A stretch of DNA of 64,000 nucleotides, from contig CM059432.1 of NCBI GenBank assembly GCA_030390025.1, positions 2,356,001 to 2,420,000 on the forward strand. Direction: 5' to 3'. Below are positions 48,227 to 59,226 of this stretch, piece after piece. Within the stretch, counting starts at the first letter, position 1. Each line of letters opens with the position of its first letter. The position numbers and the translations under genes were made by a program. The notes under the pieces are model-generated. The model was given only the letters and a program-made list of their open reading frames with translations. It had not been told where the DNA came from and did not search any database. This stretch comes from Squalus acanthias (taxonomy: Eukaryota).

Positions 48227-48678
48227 GATGTAGTAAAACGTCCCAAGGCGCTTCACAGGAGCGATTATCAAACAAAATTTGACACCGAGCCACATAAGGA
48301 GATATTAGGACAGGTGACCAAAAGCTTGGTCAAAGAGGGAGGTTTTAAGGATCATCTTAATGGAGGAGAGAGAGGCGGAGAGGTTTAGGGAGGGAATTCC
48401 AGAACTTAGGGGCCCAGGCAGCTGAAGGCACGGCCGCCAATGGTGGAGCGATGGAAATCGGGGGATGCGCAAGAGGCCAGAATTGGAGGAGCGCAGAGAT
48501 CTCGGAGGTTTGTTGGGCTGGAGGAGGTTTCAGAGGTAGGGAGGGGTGAGGGATTTGAACGCGAGGATGAGAATTTTGAAATCGAGGCGTTGCCGGACCG
48601 GGAGCCAATGTAGGTCAGCGAGCACGGGGGGTGATGGGTGAACGGGACTCGGCGCGAGTTAGGACACGGGGGCAGCAG
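48158..48678 (-). mobile_element. L2 3' fragment (with an extra short tail remnant)
   Basis: Reverse complement of the 18230-18700 consensus. Confidence 0.86.
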
Positions 48679-48734
48679 ATCAACTCAAGTTTATGGAGCA
48701 GGTTAGCCTTTTGTAAGAGGTGCATTCCTAAGTG

Positions 48735-49915
48735 GTTTTTCGGATGGGGTAAGGTACACAGTGGTGTTCCCCAGGGGTCGGTTCTAGGACCACTGCTTTT
48801 CTTGATTATATATTAATAACTTGGACGTGGGTGTACAGGGCACAATTTCAAAATTTGCAGATGACACAAAACTTGGAAGTATAGTGAACAGTGAGGAGGA
48901 TAGTGATAGACTTCAAGAGGACATAGACAGGCTGGTGGAATGGGCAGACACGTGGCAGATGAAATTTAACACAGAAAAGTGTGAAGTGATACATTTTGGT
49001 AGAAAGAATGAGGAGAGGACATATAAACTAAAGGGTACAATCCTGAAGGGGGTGCACGAACAGAGAGACCTGGGGGTATATGTGCACAAATCGTTGAAGG
49101 TGGCAGGGCAGGTTGGGAAAGTAGTTAAAAAGGATTCAATAGTAACTTTCAAAAGGGAATTGGATAAATGCTTGAAAAGGGAAACATTTGCAGGGCTGTG
49201 GGGAAAGAGCGGGGGGGGGGGTAGAGTGGGACTAATTGGAGAGCTCGACCAAAGAGCCGGCACAGGCACGATGGGCCGAATGGCCTCCTCCTGTGCTGTG
49301 TGTATGATTCGAAAAGGCAAGCCTCACCGTGCTTCACTCCAAGCCATGTACGATCATAGTTGATGTGAGGATTTCTTGAGAGAAAAAGATTAGCTTGCAG
49401 GTTATGGAACTTGATCAAGCATAGCAACCCCAATAAAGACTTAACCTGGGGAAATCCTGCCACCTATTTTGCAGCTTTTATATGTGAAAATTGAAAATTG
49501 TATTTCAACTTTGAACAGAGGAGGCTGAGGGGAGATTTAATTGAGGTGTATAAAATTATGAGGGGCCGAGATAGAGTGGATAGGAAGGACCTATTTCCCT
49601 TAGCAGAGAGGTCAGTAACCAGCGGGCAGAGATTTAAAGTAACTGGTGGAAGGATTAGAGAGGGAGTTGAGGAGAACTTTCTTCACTCAGAGGGTGGTGG
49701 GGGTCTGGAACTCACTGCCTGAAAGGGCGGTCGAGGCAGAAACCCTCATCACATTTAAAAAGTACTTGGATATGCACTTGAAGCGCCGTAACCTGCAGGG
49801 CTACGGACCAAGAGCTGGAAAGTGGGATTAGGCTGGAGAGCTCTTTGTCAGCTGGCACAGACACGATGGGCCGAATGGCCTCCTTCTGTGCTGTAAATTT
49901 CTATGATTCTATGGA
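48735..49915 (+). mobile_element. CR1 fragments (internally deleted RT 48735-49310; 3' end 49500-49915)
   Basis: SGVPQGSVLGPLLF and KFADDTKLG...WQMKFNTEKCEVIHFG; 3' tails. Confidence 0.88.
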
Positions 49916-49947
49916 AGAACACACTGCCTGGGTCCTATAGGTAACAA

Positions 49948-50352
49948 GAGAAAATGCTGGAGACACTCAGCGGGTCAGGCAGCTTCTGTGGAGAGAGAAA
50001 CAGAGTCAACGTTTCAGGTTGATGACCCTTCGTCAGAACTGGAAAAAGTGAGAGATGCCACAGGTTTTAAGCAGGGGCAGGGAGAGGGGGAGGAAAGAAG
50101 AAAAGGGAAGGTCTGTGATGGGGTGGAAGGCCGGAGAGATTAAATGACAAAAGGGATGATGGTGCAAGGTGAAAGGGGATGGTAATGGGACAAGTAAAGG
50201 AACAAAGGATGGGTCTAGAGGAGGTGTCAATGGGAATAACAGAATCATCAACAGCTGCCGTCTGTGAAAACTGGGGCAGTGTTGCTGCCTGAATTGCTGA
50301 GTATTTACAGCGTTTTCTGTTTTTATTTCAGATTTCCAGCATATTTTGCTGT
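49948..50352 (-). mobile_element. Penelope-like 3' region with inverted terminal segment
   Basis: 49948-49985 is inverted relative to 50284-50320; hammerhead at 50004-50040; matches 17060-17325. Confidence 0.78.
50004..50040 (-). ncRNA. Minimal hammerhead ribozyme motif
   Basis: Minus strand AGTT-CTGACGA-A-GGGTCATCAACCT-GAAA-CGTT-GACT; core intact, stem II weakened. Confidence 0.6.
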
Positions 50353-50477
50353 TTTTCCACAGGTAACGGGTCGATAGCCCGCAGATGAGTAACTGAAATT
50401 TACTAACTGGTTGTTTCATTTTTCATAGAATCATAGAATCATACAGCACAGAAGGAGGCCATTCGGCCCATCGTGCC

Positions 50478-50695
50478 TGATGCAAGAAAACTACTAGGCA
50501 CTTGGTCTAAGCGTTAAACAAAGCTTTAATCAACTGTTTTTCAACATGGAGATCTCGTTTTGTCCTGCACTAGTTCCTGTTAAAGAATGTCCTGTGCAAG
50601 CTGGGCCCATGCCCAAGTATTTATACTCTCCCTGGACAGCGCCACCAGCAGGCCGCCCAGTATTACTTCATACATGAATGACAAGATTCATGTCA
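50478..50695 (-). repeat. 3' LTR (218 bp)
   Basis: Direct repeat of 54677-54878. Confidence 0.95.
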
Positions 50696-50942
50696 TTCTT
50701 CCCGCCTGAAAGATTGGAAGTCCGGCGGCTTCCTTCTACTGAATTAGCCGGACTAAGAATAGACGCAGTCGTTTGGATCTCCGTTTGTGGCTGGAAGGCA
50801 CGTCTCCTCGGACTGTGTTTTGGTCCCTGGGTCGCTTGGTTCGTACCAGCGGGCTAGCAGAGTCCGTGTCGCCTTGATCGACCTGAGGGGGACTGGGGAG
50901 ATCGTGGCTCCGGGTGCGGGTCCCCACAGGCGCAGAGCTGGC

Positions 50943-52538
50943 TTAATCCTGCTCAGTAGCCGGTGATTGACCGGCGTCCTGGCTTCGGGTGGCCATCCCG
51001 CGGGGAGCGCTCTGTTCCCCGGGTTGATCCGGTGGAGTAGCTGGCAGATCCCTTGATGTCCCGGGTAGGGCGTCATCCTCGGAGGAGCGCGGAGTATCGG
51101 CGTTGTTAATACGGATCTCTCTATCGATTGGGTCCGTGGGACCGGTTGGGCAGGGAGCCAGATCCCGAAGTGAAACTGTGGACTCCTGGCCATCAGGGTA
51201 CCGCACGTACGCGTATGTAGGATTGACATCTGTTAGTTCCACCTCGTCGACGAGGGGATCACTCTTGGAGGAGCGGACGAATCTTCGGAGCAGCACGGAG
51301 CCAGGAGCTGCCAACCATGATGGTAGGGACGTCCCATGAGTGGAGCGATGCTGGAACCCGAAGAATCGTTCGTGAGGAGTAACATTGGTGGATGTAGAAA
51401 GAAGAGACCTGATGGAATGCAACGCGTCAGGGAGCATAGTTTCCCACTGCTGGTCTGGTAGATTGCGTGACCTCAGTGCAAGATGAACAGCGTTCCAAAT
51501 GATAGCGTTGTATCTCTCAACCTGCCCGTTTCCAATAGGATGATATGGTGTCGTTTTACTAGTGGTGATTCCCCGTTGGGAAAGATAACTTTTGAGTTCG
51601 CTTGACATGAAGGAGGGACCCCGATCAGAGTGGATGAAATTGGCCATACCGCAAAGGGAAAAGACATGATCGAGGCATTTGATCACTGTGGAAGTAAGCA
51701 TACTGGGACGGGGGAAAGCAAAGGGAAAGCGTGAATATTCGTCCACCATAGTAAGCAAGTAGGTGTTTCGCGTTGAGGAAGGCAATGGCCCTTTAAAGTC
51801 AATGCTGAGTCGCTGCATAGGCTGTGTAGCGTGTATGAGCGAGCCATCCGACGGACGGAAGAATTGCAGTTTTAATTCCGCGCAAATTCTATAAGTGGAG
51901 CATGTTCTTTTCACGTCTTCCGTAGAAAATGGGAGATTTTTAGATCGCACAAAGTGCAACATACGGGTAACGCCAGGATGGCATAAGTCAGTATGAAGAT
52001 CCGCAAGAGTCGAAGTTGACATGGAAGAGCAGAATGCACGCGTGAGGGTATCCGGGGCCACATTCTCCTTGCCGGGTCGATACTGTATGGTGTAGCCAAA
52101 GGCGGCCAATTCCATCCTCCAGAGCTGTATTTTGTTATTCTTGATTTTAGTGCGTTTCCTGTTATCCAGCATAAAGACCACCGAGCGCTGATCGGTTATG
52201 AGCGTGAAATGGCGACGAGCGAGAAAATGACTCCATTTACGTACTGCTTCGATGATCGCCGTAGCCTCCTTCTCGACAGGAGGATAATGGAGCTCGCTAC
52301 CCTGCAAAGTTCTAGACAGAAATGCAACGGGTTGACCGCCTTGATTCAAGGTAGCCGAGATCGCCACCTCCGATGCATCGCACTCGACCACGAAAGGGAG
52401 ATTTTCATCGATGGAATGAAGCACAGCTTTTTCCAGTTGTTGCTTGAGGACTTCGAAAGCTGAAATAGCCCTCGCCTCCAACGGAAATGACTTCGCGTGA
52501 AGCAGGGCTGGATCTTGTCGGAAAAGTGAGGTATCCAC
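50943..52538 (-). pseudogene. Gypsy pol: RNase H plus integrase
   Basis: ECDAS, EKEA, TDQ, HPG..C, IDFKGP, VDEYSRF, SDRG and GNGQVERYN motifs. Confidence 0.92.
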
Positions 52539-53240
52539 TTCGCATAATAGGCGAACATGCCGAGAGCCCGACGAAGAGAGCTGAGATTCGTAGGAGGAGG
52601 GAGCTTCTGAAGCGGACGAAGTCGCTCCAGATCCGGTTTGATGACACCATTGCCCACCCAGTAGCCAAGGATGTTGACTGATGGTACTGATTTCACAGAT
52701 TTGGACTCATTTAAGGTTAAGTTGCGACGACGGAGAACGTCAAGAAATTTCTGGAGGTTGGCATCATGCTCCTTCCGGTCATGACCAGCAATGGTGATAT
52801 TATCCAGATATGGAAAAGTGTCTGTTAAGTTCTCCTGTTTGACTAGGCTATCCATTGCCCGTTGAAAGACGGCCACCCCATTGGTGACCCCGAATGGAAG
52901 GCGACGAAACTGGTAAAGCCGACCATTGACCTCAAAAGCCGTATACTTTTTGTCAGAGTCCTTTAACAGTACTTGATGGTATGCACTCTTTAAGTCAAAA
53001 GTTGAAAATACCTTGTAGTTAGCAAGGTTATTGACCATGTCATCGATGCGTGGTAGTGGGTAGGCATCCAGGTCGGTATACTGGTTAATAGTTTGCGAGT
53101 AATCGATGCAAAGACGTTTCTTGTGTTGCTTCAGAGGATTTTTAACAACGACGACTTGAGCCCGCCAGGAAGATGAACATGGCTCAATGATACCGTCAGC
53201 TAGAAGGCGAGAGATCTCTGTCTCGATAAAGGATAGGTCA
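52490..53240 (-). pseudogene. Gypsy pol: reverse transcriptase (frameshifted)
   Basis: DLKSAYHQV, TAF, LPFGVTN, YLDN, ILGY and LRRALGMFAYY motifs. Confidence 0.92.
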
Positions 53241-54575
53241 TCTTGGCTGAACGTCGTGATTTAGTGGCTATGGGCTTACATCGGGGGAAAAGATTGGCAA
53301 AAAAGGAGGGCTCGTCGAGCGAAGCTGCCGAAAGTGCACAAAACGGTACTTTGGAAATAGTAAGCTCCGGCTTTGATCCTCCAAACTCGAAAGTGAGTCT
53401 TTTGTGTTGTTTCTGGAAATCCTGTCCCAGGAGCACATCACTGCATAGGTTTTTGAGCACCCCGAGCCGGGTAGAGAAATAAGTGCGGCCATTGAGAATA
53501 AGGTCGACAAGACAAAAGCCGAAAGAGTTAGTGGTCAGTGTCGTCAGAGCCATTGCAATTTCCCTGTCCAAGGGGTAAATACGCAGTTTTAACTTACTGA
53601 CAGCCTGCTCACTGATGAAGCTGTCAGAGCTGCATGAGTCGATTAATGCATTCAAAATGTGTCCATTTACCGAAACCTTCATGGCTGCATGGGACAGGCT
53701 TTGGGGAAAAACAGCTGTGATGGGAGGAGGGGCAGTTTTACCCTTGACAGCTGTAGCATTAGTAGTGGCTCTTGGGGGAGGAGCAGTTTTATAGGGAGCA
53801 GCTGTAACCCTAGAAGAGGCTCTTGACTGACATACTTTCGAGAAGTGGCCTTTCTTACTGCAATGATTGCAGGTTGCATTACGAGCAGGACAAAATTTCC
53901 TATAATGAAATGCACCTCCACAGAAGAAACACTTCCTTTTAGATTGCCAAGATGCCGCTAGGATAGAGTCGTCATTAGTGAGGGCTTCCACCTGAGGCTT
54001 ATCGGAGGAGTCACTAAAAGTGATAGCAGCAGTCCGTGCACGTGGTAAAAGATAGGCATCTGCATTTTTTTTGCCAAGTCCAGAGAATATGCCTGGTCAT
54101 AGGCAGCTTGTAACTCGAGGGTTTTATTCTCCAGCAGACGCTGGCGTATGAAGGGAGACGCAATTCCATTAATAAAAGAATCACGAATTAACTCCTCCTG
54201 GTACTGCTCAGCTGAGACAGCCTTGAGATTACAATCTTTGCTGAGCCTGCGAAGCTTGTGAAGGAATTCGTCAAGTGATACCCCGGGTTGTTGTCGAGTT
54301 GTGGCCAGTCGATGCCGAGCAAAAATTTCGTTTGGGGCCTTAACATATAGTTGCTGTAGTATTTGGATAGCGGAGTCATAGTTTACACAGTCTTCGATAT
54401 AGTCAAACACATAAGGGGATACATAATTGGCAAGTATCTCTAACTTATCAGGAACATTCTCACCACACACCCTGAGGAAGTTGCTGAAGGTACGATACCA
54501 GTGTTTCCATACCTTAGCAGTTGTAGGTGAATTCGGTTCCAGGTCAAGATGGGTGGGTTGGAGTAGTTTCTCCAT
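53200..54575 (-). pseudogene. Gypsy gag (two CCHC-like knuckles) plus protease, frameshifted near 54065
   Basis: WKHW..F, ARHRLATTRQQPG.SLDEF, IRDSFINGI, CFFCGG..H....C, CNHCSKKGHFSKVC and ALIDS motifs. Confidence 0.9.
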
Positions 54576-54676
54576 GATGGATTGATTACTACGTCCGGTT
54601 CCTTTCTACCGTTTGAGTCGTAGCTGTCTGTTCCCAAAACCACTCAGAGCGTGGAGCAGGTCCCAGTTGATTAAAT

Positions 54677-54878
54677 TGACGTAAGAAAACTAAGCGTTAA
54701 ACAAAGCTTTAATCAACTGTTTTTCAACATGGAGGTCTAGTTGTGTCCTTCACTAGTTCCTGTTAAAGAATGTCCTGAGCAAGCTGGGCCCATGCCCGAG
54801 TATTTATACTCTCCCTGGACAGCACCACCAGCAGGCCGCCCAGTATTACTTCATACATGAATGACAAGATTCATGTCA
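54677..54878 (-). repeat. 5' LTR (202 bp)
   Basis: Minus-strand TATAAATA (~54801-54808) and ATTAAA (54708-54713); 16 bp shorter than the 3' LTR. Confidence 0.95.
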
Positions 54879-55309
54879 GTGCCTGTGCCGGCTCTTTGAA
54901 AGAGCTCTCCAATTAGTCCCACTCCCCCTGCTCTTTCCCCACAGCCCTGCAAAATTTTCCCCTTCCAGTATTTATCCAATTCCCCTTTTGAAAGTTACTA
55001 TTGAATCTGCTCCCACCGCCCTTTCAGGCAGCGCATTCCAGATCACAACAACTCGCTGCGTTAAAACATTCTCCTCTGGTTTTTTATCAATTACCTATTC
55101 TGTTAAATATACATCTAATCAATTAGCCAATAACTTCAGGTTTGCATAATACATGAATTACGCTGTATAAACATATCTTTAATCATTAACTTCTGGAATA
55201 AACTAACCAGAAAAAAAATAATACTTATACTAACTTAAGCTTAGAAATCACTAACATGTTGACTGAGGCCAATCGAGTTGCTGAGCCCGATGCTCGAAAG
55301 GTCACTGTG

Positions 55310-55940
55310 ATGATAGAGGCACTGGAGAAAGTGCAAAAAAGCTTCACAAGCATGATACCAGAACGGAGCGGTTATACCTATCAGGAAAGATTAAACAGGC
55401 TTTGGGGCTCTTTTCTCTTGAAAAGGGAAGGCTGACCTGATAGAGGTTGGATAGGGTAAACGTAGAGAGGATGTTTCCGCTTGTGGGGGAGCTCCAGAAC
55501 CAGGGGCCATCAATATAAGATAATCACTAATAAATCCAATCGGGAATTCAGGAGAAACTTCTTTACCCAGAGAGTGGTGAGAATGTGGAACTCGCTACCA
55601 CAGGGAGTGGTTGAGGCGAATAGCGTAGATGCATTTAAGGGGAAGCTAGAAAAACACATGAGGGAGGAAGGAATAGAAGGATATGCTGATAGGGTGAGAT
55701 GAAGAGGGGTGGGATATGGGGATCGGGCGGGAAAGTGGAGTTGAGGTAGAAGATCAGCCACGATCTTATTGAATGGCAGGGCAGGCTCGAGGGGCCGAAT
55801 GGCCTCCTCCTGCTCCTATTTCTTATGTTCTTGTGTTCTTACAGGAGCTTGGTCAAAGAGACAGGTCTTAAGGAGGGAGAGAGGTGGAGAGGAGGAGAGG
55901 TTTAGGAAGGGAATTCCAGAGCTTAAGGACCTAGACAGCT
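55310..55940. mobile_element. CR1 3' fragment with chimeric tail (plus, to ~55840) and short L2 fragment (minus)
   Basis: TRGHQYKI...FFTQRVVRMWNSLP; the tail switches type near 55712. Confidence 0.82.
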
Positions 55941-56325
55941 AGAATGTCTTTGATCAAGAAAATTACATTGGATTATCTCATTTCTTAATCATTTAGTGGA
56001 GCATCATGGGGTCAGTTTCCTGTTGACGCTCACAGTGGAGGATTTTGCACACTGGCAAATCTTGTTGGTAATTCAGTATGAATCATCACACTCAATTAAT
56101 AGTTCGCATGATTTTCAATAAATTAATTATGAAGGTTGGAATATCTTGCGAGCCCTGAGTTGGGTACACTGACCTCAAGTGCAAGTATTCCTGATAGGCC
56201 GTCCCATGATCACACAAAGCTTTGGGTTGAATATAATATCTTGTAAAAATTTACGACTAGTAAATTGATGGTGTTGCTGATGGTCAGTTGATGAATATCA
56301 GTTTTTTTTGCAAGGACAATTGTCA

Positions 56326-56792
56326 GCTGTAGCTCAGTGGGCAGCACTCTCTCTCGCCTCTGAGGCCGAAGGTTGTGGGTTCAAGTCCCACTCCAGAGAC
56401 TTGAGCACAAAAATCCAGGCTGACACTCCCAGTGCAGTACTGAGGGAGTGCTGCACTGTCAGAGGTGCCATCTTTCGGATGAGATGTTAAACCGAGGCCC
56501 CGTCTGCTCTCTCAGGTGGACATAAAAGATCCCATGGCAATATTTCGTAGAAGAGCAGTGGAGTTCTCCCAGGTGTCCTGGGGCCAATATTTATCCCTCA
56601 ATCAACATCACTAAAACAGATTATCTGGTCATTATCACATTGCTGTTTGTGGGAGCTTGCTGTGCGCAAATTGGCAGCCACACTTCTACATTACAACAGT
56701 GACTACACTTCAAAAGTACTTCATTGGCTGTAAAGTGCTTTGGGACGTCCGGTGGTCGTGAAAGGCGCTGGAGAAATGCAAGTCTTTCTTTA
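56326..56792 (+). mobile_element. Full-length Deu-domain SINE (single copy of the 33-bp unit)
   Basis: A box GTAGCTCAGTGG, B box GGTTCAAGTCC, Deu core and tail. Confidence 0.92.
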
Positions 56793-57204
56793 TTTTCAAG
56801 ATGGCGACACTGATCAGAGACAAGAAACTGGCCCCATGGAGCCACCTATTGGCCAAAGCCTGCAACTACATTGTGACAATTGACAAAGCAAATATTGAAT
56901 GGAAAATGTTGACATGGCAAATTACAATGGTAATTGTCGACAGAAAAGCTTGTAAGGTTTGTAGATGGGATGATGATTGGCCTATGCAAAAATTTTAATA
57001 ATATACAGGTATGTCCCTAGTTCTGGAGGCAATACCTACTCTATCAATTCCCTTCATTATTTTAAAGATCTCAGGCAGATCACCCACCCCACAACATTCT
57101 CATTTCCAGGGAACATTAATTGCAACTAAGTCCCTTCATCCTGGGTGTTATTCTGATGAACTGCCAGAGGTACTGAAAACTGAACACAAAAAGAAAAAAA
57201 GAAA

Positions 57205-57705
57205 GGTAGTTGAGGCCAAGTCATTAAATATATTGAAGAATGAGTTAGATATATTTCTTAAAGCTAAAGGTATCAAGGGATATGGGGAGAAGGCAGGGAC
57301 AGGGTACTGAGTTTGGATGATCAGCCGTGATCTCATCGAATGGCGGAGCAGGCTCGAGGGGCCGAATGGCCTACTCCTGCTCCTATCTTCTATGTTTCTA
57401 TGTTTCTAAAGACTTGCATTTCTACAGCGCCTTTCACAACCTCAGGACGTCCCAAAGCCCTTTACAGCCAATGAAGTACTTTTTGAGTGTAGTCACTGTT
57501 GTAATGTAGGAAACACGGCAGCCAATTTACGCACAGTAAGCTCCCACAAACAACAATGTGATAATGACCAGATAATCTGTTTCAGTGATGTTGATTGAGG
57601 GATAAATATTGGCCAGAACACAGGGGCTAACTCCCCTACTCTTCTTCGAAATAGTGCCCTGGGATCTTTTACATCCACCTGAGAGAGCAGGCGGGGCCTC
57701 GGTTT
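57205..57705. mobile_element. CR1 tail (plus 57205-57407) tail-to-tail with Deu-SINE (minus 57408-57705)
   Basis: ELDIFLKAKGIKGYGEKAGTGY*; reversed SINE consensus. Confidence 0.87.
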
Positions 57706-58622
57706 TGCGTCCATATCTGGACCACTATTCCCAATTATGTCTGACCGCCACTCTGTATAATTGCACTTCCTTCCTTTTACCTTGTTCTATGAATATTTAT
57801 CTTTTTTTGGATAATATATTCTGCTTCATTTTCTTCACAGGGGCAGAAGTGGTCTTCATTTTCCAGTTGAATAAAACTGCGGTGGGAAGCTCCCCTCTGC
57901 TCGAGTGCGGAGCGAGGCAGTGATTTGTTGCGATTCTCACTCCCATGGTTTTCCTCGAGCTTCGGCTGTCTTTTTAAGCCTCTTCGTGAACCTTTCCGGT
58001 TCTCCGCCGGTTTTTTTTCTGGGTCAGCCTCCGACGACACAACACGAGATATTCTGAGATCTGTTGGGAGTTGCGCATTGTTGAAGAAGCAAACCATTCT
58101 CATGTCATCATGACAACACCCCCGCAAAGTGCAAGGATTTTGTCAAGGTGCGGATTGAGCAGATGTTGATTTCGGGGAATTGCAACTGCTGTAAGCCTCG
58201 CGCCATCGGGCTGTGATCACAAGGAGGTAGACAGCAGATGGTGAACGCCCACAGAAGTCAACACCTACGGGCATTCGGGAAGTTCAGATATCACAAGTGG
58301 CTCTCGTTTGGTTCGCATTTGTGTTGCCTGATGAGTTACATACGATTTCGCAGCTCCGGCAGCTTTCATGTCGATGCCAGCTAGCAACAGTTTTTCAGGC
58401 TGTAATTGCTTTGCTTTCACATTTCCCTTGCAATCGGTGTGCGCACGACTCACTGTGCAAGCTCACAACACTTGCTTTTGATTTGCAGATGATACTAAAA
58501 TGGGCCGTGTGGCTGACAGTGAGGACGAAAGCTGTTAGACTGCAGGAAGATATCAATGGGCTGGTCAGGTGGTCAGAAAAGTGGCAAATGGAATTCAATC
58601 CGGAGAAGTGTGAGGTAATGCA

Positions 58623-59226
58623 AAATAACAACAGAAAACGCTGGAAAAACTCAGCAGGCGAGGCAGCATCCGTGGAGAGAGAAACAGAGTTAACGTTTCA
58701 GGTCGAAGACCTTTCGTCAGAACTGGAAATAGCAGGAAATGGAATAGATTTAAGGCAAGGATAAAGCTGGGAAAAGGGGGAGGGATGAAAGAACAAAAGG
58801 AGAGATTAAGAGACATTAAGAGATATTCAAGGCAAGAGGTGGTGTTAATGTGACAGGTTGAGGCTAAAAGAAGTGAGAAATGCATTGGCAGAATGAAGGA
58901 CAGCTGCCAGCATCTAGGAGGGGAAGAAAAAAGGGGGGGGGGGGGGCGGCAAACAAAAGGGTGGATGAAAAAATAAAATATAAATGTGATAGGAGCTGAG
59001 GTTATGATCTAAAATTGTTGAACTCGATGTTGAGTCCAGAGGGCTGTAGGGAGCCTAAACGAAAGATGAGGTGCTGTTCCTCGAGCTTACGTTGAGCTTC
59101 CGTGGAACAGTGTAATAGGCCGAGGACGGTGAGGTCAGAGTGGGAGTGAAGCGGTGAATTAAAGTGACAGGCCACCGGGAGCTCGGGGTCCCCCTTACGG
59201 ACTGAACGGAGGTGTTCCGCAAAGCA
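58623..59226 (-). mobile_element. Penelope-like retroelement 3' end: GIY-YIG C-terminus, 3' UTR and hammerhead; 10-bp TSD
   Basis: Minus 59223-59002 translates FAEHLRSVRKGDPELPVACHFNSPLHSHSDLTVLGLLHCSTEAQRKLEEQHLIFRLGSLQPSGLNIEFNNFRS* (not in the ORF track); TSD AGGTAATGCA at 58613-58622 and 59227-59236. Confidence 0.9.
58688..58724 (-). ncRNA. Minimal type I hammerhead ribozyme
   Basis: AGTT-CTGACGA-A-AGGTC ttc GACCT-GAAA-CGTT-AACT: perfect stems I and II, palindromic AACGTT. Confidence 0.82.

Larger units (their letters stand above)
50478..54878 (-). mobile_element. Full-length Ty3/Gypsy LTR retrotransposon (decayed), inserted into a CR1 tail
   Basis: TG...CA LTRs; TSD GTGCC (50473-50477, 54879-54883); gag-PR-RT-RH-IN order; PPT GGCGGGAAGAA next to the 3' LTR. 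Confidence 0.96.

Noticed and set aside
50638..50655. CTCF-like motif in the Gypsy LTR
   Set aside because: Mismatch at a highly conserved core position, and the two LTRs differ here.
57146..57187. CTGATGA...GAAA hammerhead-like motif (shares TCTGATGAACTGCC with minus 23359-23372)
   Set aside because: Stem II is mismatched and there is no palindromic stem III or adjacent stem I; at best a decayed remnant or chance.
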